From Verrucomicrobiaceae bacterium (GTDB taxonomy: Bacteria > Verrucomicrobiota > Verrucomicrobiia > Verrucomicrobiales > Verrucomicrobiaceae), in the NCBI GenBank assembly GCA_947477755.1, contig CANJVS010000001.1:1-47207 (forward strand): DNA of 47,207 nt, given 5' to 3'. Within the stretch, counting starts at the first letter, position 1. The number at the start of each line of letters is the position of its first letter. The notes under the pieces were generated by a model that did no database searches, was not told where the DNA came from, and saw only the letters and a list, made by a program, of their open reading frames with translations. Below are positions 45,617 through 47,207 of this stretch, in pieces. A program made the translations under genes and the position numbers.

Positions 45617-47207
45617 ATGAAGCTCACTTCAAAATCATCTCTCCTGCTCAGTCTTGCATTGCTGACTGCGGTCGGTCATGCGCAGGCCAATCCTGCACCT
45701 GCTGCCACACCAGCGGCTGCACCAGCCAAGGCAACGGTGGATTTTGCTCAGGTTCAAGCTGTGCTGGAAACCAAGTGCCTTGAGTGCCATAACCCCTCGA
45801 AAGAGAAGGGCAAGCTGCTCATGCACACCGCAGAGGCATTGCTGAAAGGTGGCGAGTCCGGTCCCTCACTCGTGGTCGGCAAGCCAGCGGAAAGCGAACT
45901 CATCAAGCGTCTTGTTTTGGCTGCGGATCACGATGACATCATGCCTCCCAAGGGTGGGCCGCTCGCGGCCAAGGATGTGGATCTTTTGAAGCGCTGGATT
46001 GCCGAGGGGGCCAAATGGCCACAGGGCATTGTGATGCGTCACAAGTCGGCTGAAGAACTCAAGGCGCTCGCCGATCTGAACACGAAATTGCCCGGACTTA
46101 CCAAGTTGGAGATCTTCCCGGACAAGTTCTCCCTGGAAACTCAGCGCGACTTCCATCGTGTCGTCGTCATGGCTTCCTTCAATGATGCCACGACGCGTGA
46201 TGTTACTCGCTTTTCCAATCTTCGGGTTGCCGACAGCAGCCTCGTGAAGCTTGACGGAGACACGATCAAACCAGCCGCAGATGCCGGTGCCACGGAAATC
46301 GTCGCCACGCTTGGCGGCCAGACGGTGAAGGCACCCATCGCCTTGAAAGATGGAAAGAAGGACCGCCCGGTTTCCTATCACCTCGATGTGATGCCCATCT
46401 TCCTCCGTGGTGGTTGCAACCAGGGCGGGTGCCACGGTGCCGCACGCGGCAAGGACGGTTTCCGCATCAGTCTCTTCGGCATGGATCCGGATGGAGACTA
46501 CATCCGCCTCACGCGTGAACTGGTTGGTCGTCGTGTGAATCTCGCCATTCCTGAAGACAGCACCCTGATTGAAAAAGCCGTCGGTGCCGTGCCGCACTCC
46601 GGCAATCAATGCTACGCGCCGGAGTCGGAGTACAACAAGACCATGCTTGAGTGGATCACCAACGGTGCCGAGAATGACAAGCCGGACATCGCCAAGGTCA
46701 CCGGCATTGAAATTTTCCCGAAACAAATCGTTCTCGAGGGGGCTGGAAACACCCAGCAGATCACCGTGCGCGCCACCTACTCGGATGGCACGGATCGTGA
46801 TGTGACCAAACTCGTGCTCTTCATGTCGAACAACGATCCCACGGCCAGCATCAGCAAGGAAGGCCTTGTCACCAGTGGTGATCGCGGAGCGGCCTTCATG
46901 CTCGCCCGTTTCAATGTGTACAGCGTCACGGCCCAGGCGCTCGTGATCCCAGCCAAACTTCAGTACGAGCGGCCAAAGCTCGTCGAGACCAACTACATCG
47001 ATCAGCTGGTCGATGAAAATCTCCACAAGCTGCGCATCCTGCCCAGCGGCATCTGCACGGATGAAGAATATGTCCGCCGCGCCTACATCGACGTCATCGG
47101 TATGTATCCGCAGACCTCTGACGTCCGCAGTTTCCTCGCTGACGCGAACCCGAAGAAGCGTGAAGCTTTGATCGACACCCTGACGCAGCGCAAGGAGTTC
47201 ACTGAAC
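45617..47207 (+). CDS. Cytochrome c plus Ig-like plus DUF1549 protein, 3'-truncated (absent from the ORF track because it has no stop)
   Basis: My translation from ATG 45617: MKLTSKSSLLLSLALL signal, CLECH...MPP, GGCNQGGCHG...GKDGFR, TYSDGTDRDVT, NYIDQLV and YVRRAYIDVIG. Confidence 0.88.
   Translation, partial: MKLTSKSSLLLSLALLTAVGHAQANPAPAATPAAAPAKATVDFAQVQAVLETKCLECHNPSKEKGKLLMHTAEALLKGGESGPSLVVGKPAESELIKRLVLAADHDDIMPPKGGPLAAKDVDLLKRWIAEGAKWPQGIVMRHKSAEELKALADLNTKLPGLTKLEIFPDKFSLETQRDFHRVVVMASFNDATTRDVTRFSNLRVADSSLVKLDGDTIKPAADAGATEIVATLGGQTVKAPIALKDGKKDRPVSYHLDVMPIFLRGGCNQGGCHGAARGKDGFRISLFGMDPDGDYIRLTRELVGRRVNLAIPEDSTLIEKAVGAVPHSGNQCYAPESEYNKTMLEWITNGAENDKPDIAKVTGIEIFPKQIVLEGAGNTQQITVRATYSDGTDRDVTKLVLFMSNNDPTASISKEGLVTSGDRGAAFMLARFNVYSVTAQALVIPAKLQYERPKLVETNYIDQLVDENLHKLRILPSGICTDEEYVRRAYIDVIGMYPQTSDVRSFLADANPKKREALIDTLTQRKEFTE

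Noticed and set aside
45866-47026. 386-aa minus-strand ORF
   Set aside because: Shadow of the plus-strand cytochrome/DUF1549 gene that starts at 45617 and runs off the window.

Overview
This 47.2 kb window most likely comes from a Verrucomicrobiota genome (Prosthecobacter/Verrucomicrobiaceae-like). That is inferred from the sulfatase, DUF1501, DUF1549/DUF1553 planctomycete-type cytochromes and the pilin style. The left flank (1-18.9 kb, GC-rich) is housekeeping and PVC-typical: partial sulfatase, ispF, AraC regulator, ACT protein, DUF6941-like protein, PBP2, GTP-PEPCK, a 1426-aa multi-PAS/GAF kinase, Mpv17/PMP22-like protein, GT4, DUF1549/1553 cytochrome, fabD and glycerate kinase. The centre (about 18.95-38.1 kb) is a visibly lower-GC block of 20 genes in two convergent, partly translationally coupled operons that encode an atypical type IV filament machine. 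It has a candidate major pilin with a possible Cys3-His metal site, a GspL-like (PilM+PilN-type) protein, PilO/PilP-like proteins, a secretin, a stand-alone ATPase-N-domain-like protein, a divergent PilB/GspE, PilC, an ABC transporter trio, a divergent PilT, minor pilins (one of 655 aa) and three unknown exported proteins. A 19-bp tandem array lies upstream of the major pilin. The right flank carries a Dabb protein, a cupin, MYG1 and a PVC cytochrome/WD40/DUF1501/PPC/DUF1549 module. Several small palindromic or short-period repeat elements occur, one inserted in frame in a gene. I saw no tRNA, rRNA, CRISPR array, integrase or transposase. All family calls come from motif recognition by eye; no database searches were run.
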